Notes: a model not told the origin generated them from the sequence alone. A stretch of 63,430 nucleotides of DNA, filler included, from Octopus bimaculoides (GCF_001194135.2; 5 parts of 5 records of this genome joined end to end with filler, not necessarily neighbours in it); one strand, 5' to 3'; numbered from the whole stretch's first letter, positions 13,686 to 26,056 are shown. Numbers and translations are program-made.

Positions 13686-14112
13686 AAAGCGGCGATTTGG
13701 CAGAATCCCTAGCACTTCGGACAAAATGCTTAGCGACATTTTTTTTCCAGATTTATTACGTACTGAGTTCAAATCCTACCGAAATAAACTTTGCGTTTCG
13801 TCCTTTCGGGTCGATAAAATAAAGTACCAGTCAAATACAGGAGTCGATGTAATCTACTAACTTCTTTCTCCCTAAAATTGTTGGCCTCGTACCAAAACTT
13901 GAAACCAAAGGCGGTGAGCTGGCAGAATCGTTAGCACGTCGGGCGAAATGCTTAGCGGTATTTCTTCTGGTTCCTTACGTTCTGAGTTCAAATCCTGCTG
14001 AATTCAACTTTGCCTTTCAACTTTTCAAGGTCGATAAAATAAGTTGAACACTGGGGTGGACGCAATCAACTACCAATTCCCTAATTGCTGGCCCTGTGCT
14101 AAAATCTGAATC
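13686..14112 (+). mobile_element. Head-to-tail tandem dimer of SINE family B (13686-13906, 13907-14112)
   Basis: Two consecutive units, each from a(a)aggcggcga...ggcagaatc to aaacttgaaacc / aaatctgaatc. Confidence 0.85.
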
Positions 14113-14227
14113 AATTTTTAGACAATGCGGAGCCCATCCCTTTCCGGATCTGACTTAAACAGACGATTTCTTTCAGAAAAAAGGTAAAGTGAGACACGGA
14201 GAGAGAAAGAGAGAGGGAGAGAGATTA

Positions 14228-14275
<48 letters not shown>

Positions 14276-14368
14276 AAAGAGAGAGAAGATCAGACACAGA
14301 AAAAAAAATGATAGAAAGAAACAAAAGAATGTAATGTTTTCATGGAATTATTTCCGCATGCTACTCAC

Positions 14369-14428
14369 CCAAGTCGCTGCCACCGCAACACGTTTTCTGA
14401 TTTTCTCGAAGACAACTAAAAATCCCAT
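14369..14428 (-). CDS. Possible short first exon MGFLVVFEKIRKRVAVAATW (speculative)
   Basis: acaATGG, 20 open codons, TGG|GTGAGT phase-0 donor, CpG-containing context. No homology recognised. Confidence 0.2.
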
Positions 14429-15465
14429 TGTACCTTGTTATTGCTTTAGCAAATATATTTGTAAACTTACAGTCAATATTTTCAGTTACATTTTCAAAAT
14501 TGCAGAAAGATGATTACTTTCTGTTGTAGATAAATCTAATCGTTTTATGCTTGCATTCCTGCGACGGCGAATTTCCGTATGTTGTCATTATTTACCTCGT
14601 TTTCGTTCTTAGGCTTCCTAATTCACTTAACTCCCAGTCGAGAGTGTTGCAACAGTAATTTAATATTCCAACAACTACAGTATTGATATATTAGCTGATC
14701 GTACTCGTAAATCTATTATATAAGTTAACATATATATATACATAAACACACATGTATATATACATAAATGAGTGTGTATGTATACATTTTTATGTATATA
14801 TACATATATATGTATACATATACATATATGCATGTATATATACATATGTATATATATATANNNNNNNNNNNNNNNNNNNNNNNNNNNNNNNNNNNNNNNN
14901 NNNNNNNNNNNNNNNNNNNNNNNNNNNNNNNNNNNNNNNNNNNNNNNNNNNNNNNNNNNNNNNNNNNNNNNNNNNNNNNNNNNNNNNNNNNNNNNNNNNN
15001 NNNNNNNNNNNNNNNNNNNNNNNNNNNNNNNNNNNNNNNNNNNNNNNNNNNNNNNNNNNNNNNNNNNNNNNNNNNNNNNNNNNNNNNNNNNNNNNNNNNN
15101 NNNNNNNNNNNNNNNNNNNNNNNNNNNNNNNNNNNNNNNNNNNNNNNNNNNNNNNNNNNNNNNNNNNNNNNNNNNNNNNNNNNNNNNNNNNNNNNNNNNN
15201 NNNNNNNNNNNNNNNNNNNNNNNNNNNNNNNNNNNNNNNNNNNNNNNNNNNNNNNNNNNNNNNNNNNNNNNNNNNNNNNNNNNNNNNNNNNNNNNNNNNN
15301 NNNNNNNNNNNNNNNNNNNNNNNNNNNNNNNNNNNNNNNNNNNNNNNNNNNNNNNNNNNNNNNNNTATATATATATAAATATGCATATACATATATATAT
15401 ATATATATGTATACATACATACATACATTCACACACACACACACACATACATACACAGATATATG

Positions 15466-16605
15466 TAGGGTTGTGCAAAAGTAGGCTTACAGTTGTATAT
15501 TTTTATTTTTACAGGACAGTGAAGCATAATGGCGTGCGAGCTGACAAACGAGGAAAGAAAGTGGATCCTAAAGAGTTATTGGAAATTTGAAAATTCGTAA
15601 ACAGTGCACCAGAAGTGAACAGAAACCCTTCACAATCTGCCACCTTCACGACAGGCGATTTACAAAATAGAAGACAAATTTGAAGAGACAGGTTTAGTAA
15701 AGAACTCCACAAAATCCGAACGTCCTCGAACTGTTACCACTTAGGAAAACTGAATGCATGTAGCATTGACTTTTATGAATAACCTTAAGAAGTACACCAG
15801 ACGAGCATCGGCTGAGTTGGGTATCTCAAGAAGGTCCCTCCGTCATCTCATGAAAAGACCGAATTCCAAACCATAACGACCTCGACTTCTGCAACACCTA
15901 ACAGAGGATGATCCAGATCGTCGTGTGGTGTTCGCAGAAGTCATGCTGAACGAGATTCGTGAAAACTCGTAATTCGTTGACAAGATTGTTTGGTCGGACG
16001 AGGCCTGTTTCAAATTATCAGGTCATGCCAACCGACATGACTGTGTTTAGTGGTATGATTAAAACCCCCACCTAACACTAAATACCGATGTGACTCAGCC
16101 AGGTGTCACTGTTTCGGCAAGTCTGTCGTCTTCAGGGGTCCTTCATTTTTGAGGGCACAATTAATGGTGAAATTTTGCGCAAGGAGTAGGTGCCCGCAAT
16201 GCAGGCTATGTCTAACTTTGGTGATGTGTTATTCCAACAGGATGGGGCACCACTGCATTATACAATCCATGTCAGTAGTTTCCTCAGGGAAACGTTTCCA
16301 GGGAGGTGGATTGAGCGACGTGAGTGTATTGAATGGCCGTCTTGTTTCCCAGACCTAACGCCGATAGATTTCTTTTTCTGGGGTGTTGTGAAAGAAAATG
16401 TATTACAGAGAAAACCACGCACTCTGCCTCAATTACATGGCTCCATTTCGGTGACCTGCTTGGATATGAACACTNNNNNNNNNNNNNNNNNNNNNNNNNN
16501 NNNNNNNNNNNNNNNNNNNNNNNNNNNNNNNNNNNNNNNNNNNNNNNNNNNNNNNNNNNNNNNNNNNNNNNNNNNNNNNNNNNNNNNNNNNNNNNNNNNN
16601 NNNNN

Positions 16606-16675
<70 letters not shown>

Positions 16676-16849
16676 TCAGACAGGAAAAACACCCACTGCA
16701 TTGGTATCCAAATATAGCTGCAAGAATACTAATGATAATAAAGAATAATAATGTTGGACCATAATAATACATCAAACGTTTTACAAGATGTCACCATTTT
16801 TTTCTCCAGAAAAGTATATCATTCAATTGCACACTTTTACAAAATCCTG
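15466..16849 (+). mobile_element. Decayed Tc1/mariner transposon, DD41D (rosa-type) transposase pseudogene
   Basis: ATG at 15529 (MACELTNEERKWILK). Motifs WSDEACF, QQDGAPLHY and WP..FPDLTPIDFFFWG, with 41 residues between the second and third Asp. Multiple stops. Degenerate TIRs tagggttgtgcaaaagtaggc / gcacacttttacaaaatcctg. Confidence 0.85.
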
Positions 16850-17250
16850 GTTTAGTCAATTGTTGCAGACACAAAAATGATTTTATATTAAGAAATGTCT
16901 ACCTACCAACCGGCTAGTAAATCTCATTTCTTGTACAATAGAATTTTGCACATTATTGGTTGATGGTTACATATTTAGGCATAAAAAATAAACCTTCATA
17001 TATTCATCAACGTTAACATTTAACTAGTAACAGCAGTTTGGCATGTACCATATAACATTGCTCATATCATCTTTTGCACGTAATAGCGAATGGATAAAAA
17101 TAAACCATATTCTTCTGCACATGCTAATGAAGAAGAGACGCATTTACCATGGAAACAAATCAAACCTCAGCCTAGTGTTACGTAATCATAATATCTGAAT
17201 GCATTATCAGATACTTTTGCTTATATATTTTCACAGTGCTACATAAATAC

Positions 17251-17629
17251 GACTGGGTGGTAAGAAACCTTCTTCCTAATCACATAGATCCGGGTTCAGT
17301 CCCACTGAATTGCACCTTGGGTAAGTGTCTTCCACTATAGCCTCAGGCTGAGTAAAGCCTTGTGAATGGATTTGGTAAACGGAAACTGAAAGAAGCACTC
17401 CGTATACATTATTTACATTATTTACATTTGACGGATATTTGTCCTCATCTTGTTTGTTGTTAACACAACGTTTCGGCTGATATACCCTCCAGCCCTCATC
17501 AGGTGTTGGTATGTTTACGTTACAGTAAACTAGTGGTTCGGCAAAAGAGCCCGATAAGATAAGTTCGGCTTAGACCATTCAAGGCAGTGCCCCAGTATTG
17601 TCGCAACCAGATGACAGAAATAAGTAAAA
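17251..17629 (+). mobile_element. SINE family A with tail, interrupted at about 17405-17507 by an antisense Penelope-like fragment
   Basis: Head gactgggtggtaagaaac...gggttcagtcccac, tail ggttcggcaaaagag...cccagtattg...gacagaaataagtaaaa. The foreign insert sits where other copies carry a microsatellite. Confidence 0.8.
17462..17507 (-). ncRNA. Minimal type I hammerhead ribozyme fold (Penelope-like element terminus)
   Basis: AACAC-CUGAUGA-G-GGCUG(gagggtatat)CAGCC-GAA-ACGU-U-GUGUU: 5-bp helix I, 5-bp helix II, palindromic helix III, intact core with one extra nucleotide after A9. Confidence 0.75.
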
Positions 17630-18328
17630 NNNNNNNNNNNNNNNNNNNNNNNNNNNNNNNNNNNNNNNNNNNNNNNNNNNNNNNNNNNNNNNNNNNNNNN
17701 NNNNNNNNNNNNNNNNNNNNNNNNNNNNNNNNNNNNNNNNNNNNNNNNNNNNNNNNNNNNNNNNNNNNNNNNNNNNNNNNNNNNNNNNNNNNNNNNNNNN
17801 NNNNNNNNNNNNNNNNNNNNNNNNNNNNNNNNNNNNNNNNNNNNNNNNNNNNNNNNNNNNNNNNNNNNNNNNNNNNNNNNNNNNNNNNNNNNNNNNNNNN
17901 NNNNNNNNNNNNNNNNNNNNNNNNNNNNNNNNNNNNNNNNNNNNNNNNNNNNNNNNNNNNNNNNNNNNNNNNNNNNNNNNNNNNNNNNNNNNNNNNNNNN
18001 NNNNNNNNNNNNNNNNNNNNNNNNNNNNNNNNNNNNNNNNNNNNNNNNNNNNNNNNNNNNNNNNNNNNNNNNNNNNNNNNNNNNNNNNNNNNNNNNNNNN
18101 NNNNNNNNNNNNNNNNNNNNNNNNNNNNNNNNNNNNNNNNNNNNNNNNNNNNNNNNNNNNNNNNNNNNNNNNNNNNNNNNNNNNNNNNNNNNNNNNNNNN
18201 NNNNNNNNNNNNNNNNNNNNNNNNNNNNNNNNNNNNNNNNNNNNNNNNNNNNNNNNNNNNNNNNNNNNNNNNNNNNNNNNNNNNNNNNNNNNNNNNNNNN
18301 NNNNNNNNNNNNNNNNNNNNNNNNNNNN

Positions 18329-18362
<34 letters not shown>

Positions 18363-18429
18363 TCTCCTTTAGAGAGATTTAGAAATATTAATAACTCTCT
18401 CTCTATATATATATGTAAACATAATCATA

Positions 18430-19128
18430 TCTAGGGGACCTTTGGAGATATGCTGTGCTTGAAAAGACCCGACAAGCCAAATGACACAATAGCCCATGGC
18501 CTATGCCAGTGGGTGTAACCAGCCCATTCATGAATACCTCTCATTCATTGGACAGTAAACCTTGGTTGTGAAGACCTATTGAGGCAAGTGAAAGCAAAAT
18601 CAAAATCAAAATCAAAATTGTTGTCGTGACCGACGACAGTACCGCCTGATTGGCACATCCGAACGTGGGGTGTAACCGGCCCACTTATGTGTACCCCTCA
18701 TTCATTGGACAATAAACTTTGCTTGCGAAGACCTATTGAGGCAAGTGTAAGTGAATCAAAATCGCTGATGTGGCCGGTGACAGTACCAACTGATTGGCAC
18801 TCGTGCCAGTGGAACGTTAAAAGAAGCATATCCGAGCGAGATCGTTGCTAGGGCCACGGATTGGCTCCCGTGCCAGTGACACATGAAAAGCACTATTCGA
18901 ACGTGATCGGTGCCAGCGTCGCCCTACCGGCAGATGTGCCGGTGGCACGTGAAAAGCACCCACTACACTCTCGGAGTGGTTGGCGTTAGGAAGGGCATCC
19001 AGCTGTAGAAACTTTGCCAGATCAGATTGAGCCTGGTGCAGCCTTCAGCTCACCAGTCCTCAGTTAAACCGTCCAACCCATTCCAGCATAGAAAACGGGC
19101 GTTAAACGATGATGATGATGATGATGAA
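18430..19128 (+). mobile_element. SINE family C, long composite copy with internal duplications and (GAT)n tail
   Basis: ~95-bp duplication (18511-18605 vs 18668-18762), repeated gtgaaaagcac modules, core ggcgttaggaagggcatccagctgtagaaac, 3' end cgttaaacgatgatgatg. Confidence 0.8.
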
Positions 19129-19471
19129 TTAAAGGATAAAATCATTAGAATTAATGAGTTCTTGTTGAGAGGAATTCTTTGGGGCTTAAATCATTCACTT
19201 CTGGAAACATGGATGTTTCGTTCAACATCCTTAAAAAAAACCCTATTCAGGGATCTTTTGAGCGGGATGAGCTACTCGATCTCAAGAAAATTCTGATTGG
19301 GATCCGCCTGCAAGGCCATGCGCTGTTTATATTGATATAAGATCTCCATGTCATGCACATATGGCTGTGATGCATGTGCCTGGTCTAACATTATCAGACG
19401 GATAATCATGATGGGTATACTGGGCTTCGTATATTTTGCCCCAGTGTCACTTTGATGGCAGCCACTGCACA

Positions 19472-19567
<96 letters not shown>

Positions 19568-19589
19568 AATAGTGATAATAATAATACTA

Positions 19590-20518
19590 ATATACTGCAT
19601 AATATATACTGCATAGACAGTATATACTTCGAAGTCGAAATGCTGATGCAGATCGAGCAACAACTCATCAGTGGCCAAGAAGCTCAGGACTGAAAGCAGA
19701 GGCCGAAGGTTTCATATTGGCAGCACAAGATCAAAGCTTGCTCACAAAAACTACCAGGCTAACGTCTTTCAAAACGTTTCTGACCCTAAATGCAGATTCT
19801 GTGACACATTTGACGAAACAATAGACCATCTCTGCTCGGGATGTCTTGTGCTGATACGAAACGAATTCAAAAATCGCCACGATAAGGTAGGGCAGTATTT
19901 ACATTGGGAAATATGTAAACACTACAAAATCAGCACTCCTGCTAACTGGTATGAACATCATTCTGAGCCAGTCGTTGAAGGTAAAAATGTCACTATCCTC
20001 TGGGGTTTTCCAGTCAACACTGACAGAACGATCCAGGCTAATCGACCAGACATATTAATGAAAGACAGGGAAGAAAATAATTCTACACTAATACATGTAA
20101 GTGTTCCCACTGAAAAAATATATCTGTCAAGGAATTTCACAAACTAAGTAAATATAAGGACCCGGAAATTGAAATACAATAGATGTGGCATCTTAAAACG
20201 AGAACTGTTCCTGTTATAGTAGATGCCCAAGATATGATGAAAAAGGAATGTCAGAGACATCTAGATAAGATCCCAGGAGAACCATCTCTCAGAGAAATAC
20301 AAAAGATTGTACTGACAAGCACTTCCCACAACCTTAGAAAAACCCTTTCCAAGTTAAGTGCCTGTGTTGTATTACATGAAAATATTTCACTGCCTCTCCT
20401 CCCCAATTGTAACACCTTTTCAGTCATATTGCAACCCCTTTTATCCTTCACTCGTCCCAAGACGCTGGGTGTGTCTCGGCAAGTGACTGTAACAAAGATG
20501 CGGATTATAAGAATATAA
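19590..20518 (+). mobile_element. 5'-truncated R4/Dong-clade non-LTR retrotransposon (CCHC finger plus restriction-like endonuclease)
   Basis: GLKAEAEGFILAAQDQSL, CRFC..FDETIDHL.SGC, RHDKV..YLHW, NRPDI, MWHLKT.TVPVIV and LREIQKIVL.STSH.LRK; frameshifted; short 3' UTR ending in aataat repeats. Confidence 0.85.
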
Positions 20519-20605
20519 ATAATAATTATTATAATAAGCGTTTTGGGGTAATCCCTTACTATTTACAAATATATATAATATAATATAATATAATATAATA
20601 TAATA

Positions 20606-20657
<52 letters not shown>

Positions 20658-20676
20658 GAAGTATGTATGTATGTAA

Positions 20677-20835
20677 AGCCGCAGGCATGGTAGTGTAGTA
20701 AGACGCTTAATTCCTAACCACATGGTTCCGGGTTCAGTCACACTGCGTGGCATCTTGGGTTAGTGTCTTTTCTATAGCCCCGAGCCAAATTGTTGTGAGT
20801 GGATTTGGTAGACGGAAACTGAAAGAAGCCCGGCG
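20677..20835 (+). mobile_element. SINE family A
   Basis: Head through ggatttggtagacggaaactgaaagaagccc, followed by (TA)n. Confidence 0.85.
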
Positions 20836-20851
20836 TATATATATGTATATG

Positions 20852-20896
<45 letters not shown>

Positions 20897-22208
20897 NNNN
20901 NNNNNNNNNNNNNNNNNNNNNNNNNNNNNNNNNNNNNNNNNNNNNNNNNNNNNNNNNNNNNNNNNNNNNNNNNNNNNNNNNNNNNNNNNNNNNNNNNNNN
21001 NNNNNNNNNNNNNNNNNNNNNNNNNNNNNNNNNNNNNNNNNNNNNNNNNNNNNNNNNNNNNNNNNNNNNNNNNNNNNNNNNNNNNNNNNNNNNNNNNNNN
21101 NNNNNNNNNNNNNNNNNNNNNNNNNNNNNNNNNNNNNNNNNNNNNNNNNNNNNNNNNNNNNNNNNNNNNNNNNNNNNNNNNNNNNNNNNNNNNNNNNNNN
21201 NNNNNNNNNNNNNNNNNNNNNNNNNNNNNNNNNNNNNNNNNNNNNNNNNNNNNNNNNNNNNNNNNNNNNNNNNNNNNNNNNNNNNNNNNNNNNNNNNNNN
21301 NNNNNNNNNNNNNNNNNNNNNNNNNNNNNNNNNNNNNNNNNNNNNNNNNNNNNNNNNNNNNNNNNNNNNNNNNNNNNNNNNNNNNNNNNNNNNNNNNNNN
21401 NNNNNNNNNNNNNNNNNNNNNNNNNNNNNNNNNNNNNNNNNNNNNNNNNNNNNNNNNNNNNNNNNNNNNNNNNNNNNNNNNNNNNNNNNNNNNNNNNNNN
21501 NNNNNNNNNNNNNNNNNNNNNNNNNNNNNNNNNNNNNNNNNNNNNNNNNNNNNNNNNNNNNNNNNNNNNNNNNNNNNNNNNNNNNNNNNNNNNNNNNNNN
21601 NNNNNNNNNNNNNNNNNNNNNNNNNNNNNNNNNNNNNNNNNNNNNNNNNTATATATATATATATATATATATATAAATATTTATTTATACACACACAAAC
21701 TGATATAATCAACATATATGTATATTCATGCTAAAACGTTGTTTACTATATTCCCTGTACATTCACCATCGATATGCATACATACATACACACGTACATA
21801 CATACATACATACATGCATACATACATACATAAACACCCACTCACACACGTACACACACACGCATACTATTTTCTTCTGTTCAACCACTGGGGTATCAAC
21901 ATGAGAGAACACTGCTGTTACGTAACTTTCCATCAGGAGAGGCAACAGGGGATTTACATTTGAAATACAAAAATATGAATGGAAACGGGGAAGTGAAATC
22001 TGTCGTGGCAAGATAAAAGTGAACTTGTTTTGTTATTTAAATATATATAGATATTTATTATTTCTCTTTGTTTCTTTCATTGTCTGACTTGACTTGATGT
22101 CAACAACACCGTGTTTCGTTTCATTTGCGTTCTTCCAGGCTAGGTTTTTTCCCCATTTTCTTTTATTAAATCGCTTACCATGAGAGATTGTGCAAATGTT
22201 GTCATGCG

Positions 22209-22250
<42 letters not shown>

Positions 22251-22282
22251 ATGTGTGTGTGTTTATGTGTATNNNNNNNNNN

Positions 22283-22337
<55 letters not shown>

Positions 22338-22939
22338 TTATATATATATATATATATATATATGTATCTATGTATTATTTATATGCATATGTATATATGT
22401 ATATATATGCATAGAGATAGACTTATGTATGTATATACATATACACACATATTATACACACATTCACATTTATAATATATATATAATACATACACACAAA
22501 CACTCATACATATAGGCTTATATATATATATATATATATACATACATACATACAAATATACACGCGCGCGTACACAAACACACACACATATATATTGCGC
22601 CAGATAAGAAATATATATACATAAATACACTGACACATATATATCCAGAACCCAATACACACCTTCAGTTAAAAAGTTCACCGAAAAGCTCCATGGGGAT
22701 TCGGTGGAGCGGCAACAGTATAGCTACAGGATTTTTTAAGGGTGGCACAAAAAAAATAGCGCAGCATCCTTCATAGTTACGAAGAAATCTAAGCCATGCT
22801 CATCCACTCAGAAGGTTGCCACAAATAACGCCCAAGATGGCTGCCGTTGCAGTGATGGTAATTCTACTGACAAATAACTTAGGTGACTTAGGAAACAATA
22901 GCAATCGCAAGATTGTGTATCTGAGGGATCTTTCTGTAA

Positions 22940-23330
22940 GCAATCAAGCAATATACAGAATCACATCGGTCCGCGGACATAAATGAGGCTGCGATACACA
23001 TGCCGATGCAAGCTGCTTCGAACTCACAGAAGAGAAAATAGTCACGGCAGAGTTGCAACGTACATCTGTGAAGATGTCACTCCATTTACCCTGTTGTCAC
23101 ATTCACACTCAATCTGTGATACACTCGTAGTGTATTGAAAGTAACTTCATTGGTAAAATGCACATTATGTAACCCACCTGATACCTCAAATCACGATGGT
23201 AAATTGGAGGAATGCCTTACAATGATAAGTGAAAGTATTTACCAAACTAGATCTAAGCGTTAACATATCTGATGGGTAACTTCAGATCCACTAACATCAG
23301 GTAGCCAGAAGGCGACATAATTTCAAGAAT
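22940..23330 (+). mobile_element. Highly decayed LINE apurinic-endonuclease remnant (CR1/L2-like)
   Basis: Broken translation CNPPD..NHDGKLEECL..ISESI and LMGNF...IR*PEG, resembling the YRPP and MGDFN motifs. Confidence 0.4.
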
Positions 23331-23469
23331 GAGCGTTTTAAGCCAAGGCTCTTTTTCAGAAAGGAATGTTGCTTATGTTGAAATGAGTGGAAGAAAGGAA
23401 ACGGTTGGCGACATGGGTGGCAAGGGAGACAACAATGAGTGGCTAAAGTGTGCGCGCGCAGGCATGTGT

Positions 23470-23760
23470 GTGTTCATTTCAAGTGAACACGTGAAATGAA
23501 CATTTCACGTGACCGGCCAGGTTATCAGATACTGTTACACATCGCTGGTAACAATGCATTTTGCATTCTTTTGACCTTCAAATGACGTCATCCCGCTGGC
23601 TAGGCAAGCAGGCCAACATTCCCTCTGATCGAAAGTGGGACTGGAGCAACGTGAAATGAAGTGTTTTGCTCAAGAACACAACACGGCACCCCATCAGAGA
23701 ATCGAACCCACGATCTGGCGATCGTGAATGCAGCAGCCTAAACACTAGGCCACGCGATTT
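23470..23760 (-). mobile_element. SINE family G (tRNA head with CORE-like segment)
   Basis: Reverse complement reads gcgtggcctagtgtttagg...cacgatcgccagatcgtgggttcgattc...gtgttgtgttcttgagcaaaacacttcatttcacgttgctccagtcc. Confidence 0.75.
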
Positions 23761-24054
23761 CACATGTGTGTGTAAGGATAATGTATGCGCTGTGTATATG
23801 TGCGTATGGGCTAGCACATGCTGGAAAGAACGTTCACACACACACACATACTCTGCTGCTGCTAATGGGAATATCAGAGAGAGTAAAAGGTGATGACACA
23901 ACCAATGATGATTTCTTCATAATTGTGATTTCTCTATTATTGAAAAATAAGAACCAGTCATGCAGTTTTTGGAACAAAATCATTCAACGGTGCTAAGACC
24001 AAAGTCAATTCGTCATAGTTGGTGAGCAATTTCTGATTTGTGATGAAGGTTATG

Positions 24055-24112
<58 letters not shown>

Positions 24113-24649
24113 ATATCTATCTATCTATGATCATCATCATCATCATCACATCGTTGTCGTTGTCTTCATCATCATCGCCATTATCATCGTCATCATTAGC
24201 ATCATCCTTCACATCCTCATTCTCCTTTTTATCATCATCATAATCATCATCATCGTCGTCTCCGAGTCTCATTTCGCCTGCAACCTCTTCACTTCACACC
24301 AATCCATAGTTTTTCGCGAAATCAAAGTTTCTTGTCGACTTTACAACCGGAATTCGATCATGAAACAGTTTAAATATTTTATTGCTTCTTAAATTGTATA
24401 AAGTTAATTAGTTGTTAGTAAACTGATCACTAATCATTAGTTCAACCTTTTAATCTAATTATTTATTTTCAAACCAGCACTTCTAACTAATTAACTCTCT
24501 ATACCCACCAACACGCTAATTAAAGAAATTATCTAAACAACATAAGACGAAATTATTAATTCATGTATCTTAGTGAGAAAGTTCTTATTGGAAAAATTTA
24601 CTGAAGCTCAATATGGACAAAGCCCGTGTCAAGTATTTATGCGAACTCC

Positions 24650-24650
<1 letters not shown>

Positions 24651-24708
<58 letters not shown>

Positions 24709-24900
24709 TCCTTCCTTCCTTCCTTCCTTCCTTCCTTCCTTCCATCCATCCATCCATACTTGAATCCATCTATCGATCCGTCTGTCCAGCAATCCATTCG
24801 TCCGTCCATTTATCCATCCGTCTTTCAATCCATTCGGCCACCCATCCACCCATCCATCCATCCATCCATCCATCCATCCATCCATCCAACCATTCATCTT
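24651..24900. repeat. Compound tetranucleotide microsatellite (TTTC)n-(TTCC)n-(TCCA)n
   Basis: Directly visible; the (TCCA)n part abuts the RTE 3' end. Confidence 0.95.
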
Positions 24901-25367
24901 CTCCGCCCTCTATTCCTGGGTGGACCATGTCAGTAGAGTCTTCGCGCACCTCCTCCATAGGATAGTATCAGAAGCAATCATCATAGACTTTCCGGCTGAA
25001 TTCCTAGGTGGGACCAGCTGTATCTATGGATATAATCCAGCCATCCCTTTCTTGCTCTTCCCTTCTTATCTCTTCCGATAGTTCTCTGCGACATTTTAAT
25101 TGCATATCTGTAGTACTGGTTTTGTGGCCTCAAAATGCGGAGAAGCAGCTGCTCTACCTGAAGAGACTTTCTGATCTCTGAGCTACGCAGCCTGTCGAGT
25201 AACGTTACCCCTTCAGGTGAACCCCATTTCGTTTGCTTATATTTGTCATCGTACACTTTCGGTCTTTCCCCAACATTCATGACCATAGTTGAAGATAGGC
25301 ACGTAAATTGAATTGAAAATAGCAAGTTTGCCTTTTCATACCATCCTCTGTTTTTCTTAAGGATCAA
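24741..25367 (-). mobile_element. RTE-clade LINE 3' end with (GGAT)n tail
   Basis: GVTLLDRLRSSEIRKSLQVEQLLLRI...GRARKGWLDYI..YSWSHLGIQPE, typical RTE C-terminus, followed by gaagatgaatggttggatggatgg. Confidence 0.8.
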
Positions 25368-25527
25368 ACGCTGACGCTGTTTATGAACACCATTACAGTT
25401 TAGCTTCGATTTTTGCCATGCATGTGATTTGATCTGGAGCTGTGTTGAAACTAAAACAATTGCAACCTAGAAAACACATTCTAGCCATTAATAATCACAC
25501 AAAGACTGTTAACTTCACCGAAACATT

Positions 25528-26056
25528 TATGGGGAAGGGGTGCTGAAAAGTTCCTGGCTTTAGTTAATTATGATTTTATTCAATATATTCCCCCGTGTGA
25601 ATGCACATAGCTCAGTAGTTAGAGCGTCGGGCTCACGATCATGAAGTAGTGAGTTCGATTCCTCGGCTGTGTGTTGTGTTCTTTATTTCACGTTGCTCCA
25701 GTTTACTCAGCTGTAGAAATGAGAAACGACGTTACTGGTACCAAGCTGTATGAGCCTTTCCCTTGGGTAACATCAGTGGTGTGGAGAGGGGAGGTTGGCA
25801 TGCTTGGGTGGCTGCTGGTTTTTCATAAACAACCTTGCCCGGACTTGTGCCACGGAGAGGAACTTTCTAGGTGCAATTCTATAGTCATTCATGACCGAAG
25901 AGGGTCTTTACGCTTTACCCTCTCCTCTCAGATTCACACACTTATTGCAGCGATGTTTCAGTTTGTCTAAACTCAGCAAAAGTACCCGGAAGGTTGTGCT
26001 TCCAACCAGGCCTTTCGTGATACCCTTAAAGTCAAGAACTTTTCAGTATCATGTTA
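25528..26056. mobile_element. mariner-type MITE interrupted by a SINE
   Basis: Inverted ends gtgctgaaaagttcctggctt (25540) and aagtcaagaacttttcagtat (26030). The internal sequence is split at attcccc / ctctcagattc by the insert. Confidence 0.6.
25603..25918 (+). mobile_element. SINE family F (tRNA head with CORE-like segment)
   Basis: tagctcagtagttagagcgtcgggctcacgatc...gagttcgattcc...tttcacgttgctccagtttactcagctgtagaaatgag. An inverted homolog lies at 41813-42120. Confidence 0.8.

Noticed and set aside
18780-18965. CRISPR-like repeat/spacer pattern
   Set aside because: The units are degenerate duplications within a eukaryotic SINE, with no unique spacers and no cas genes.
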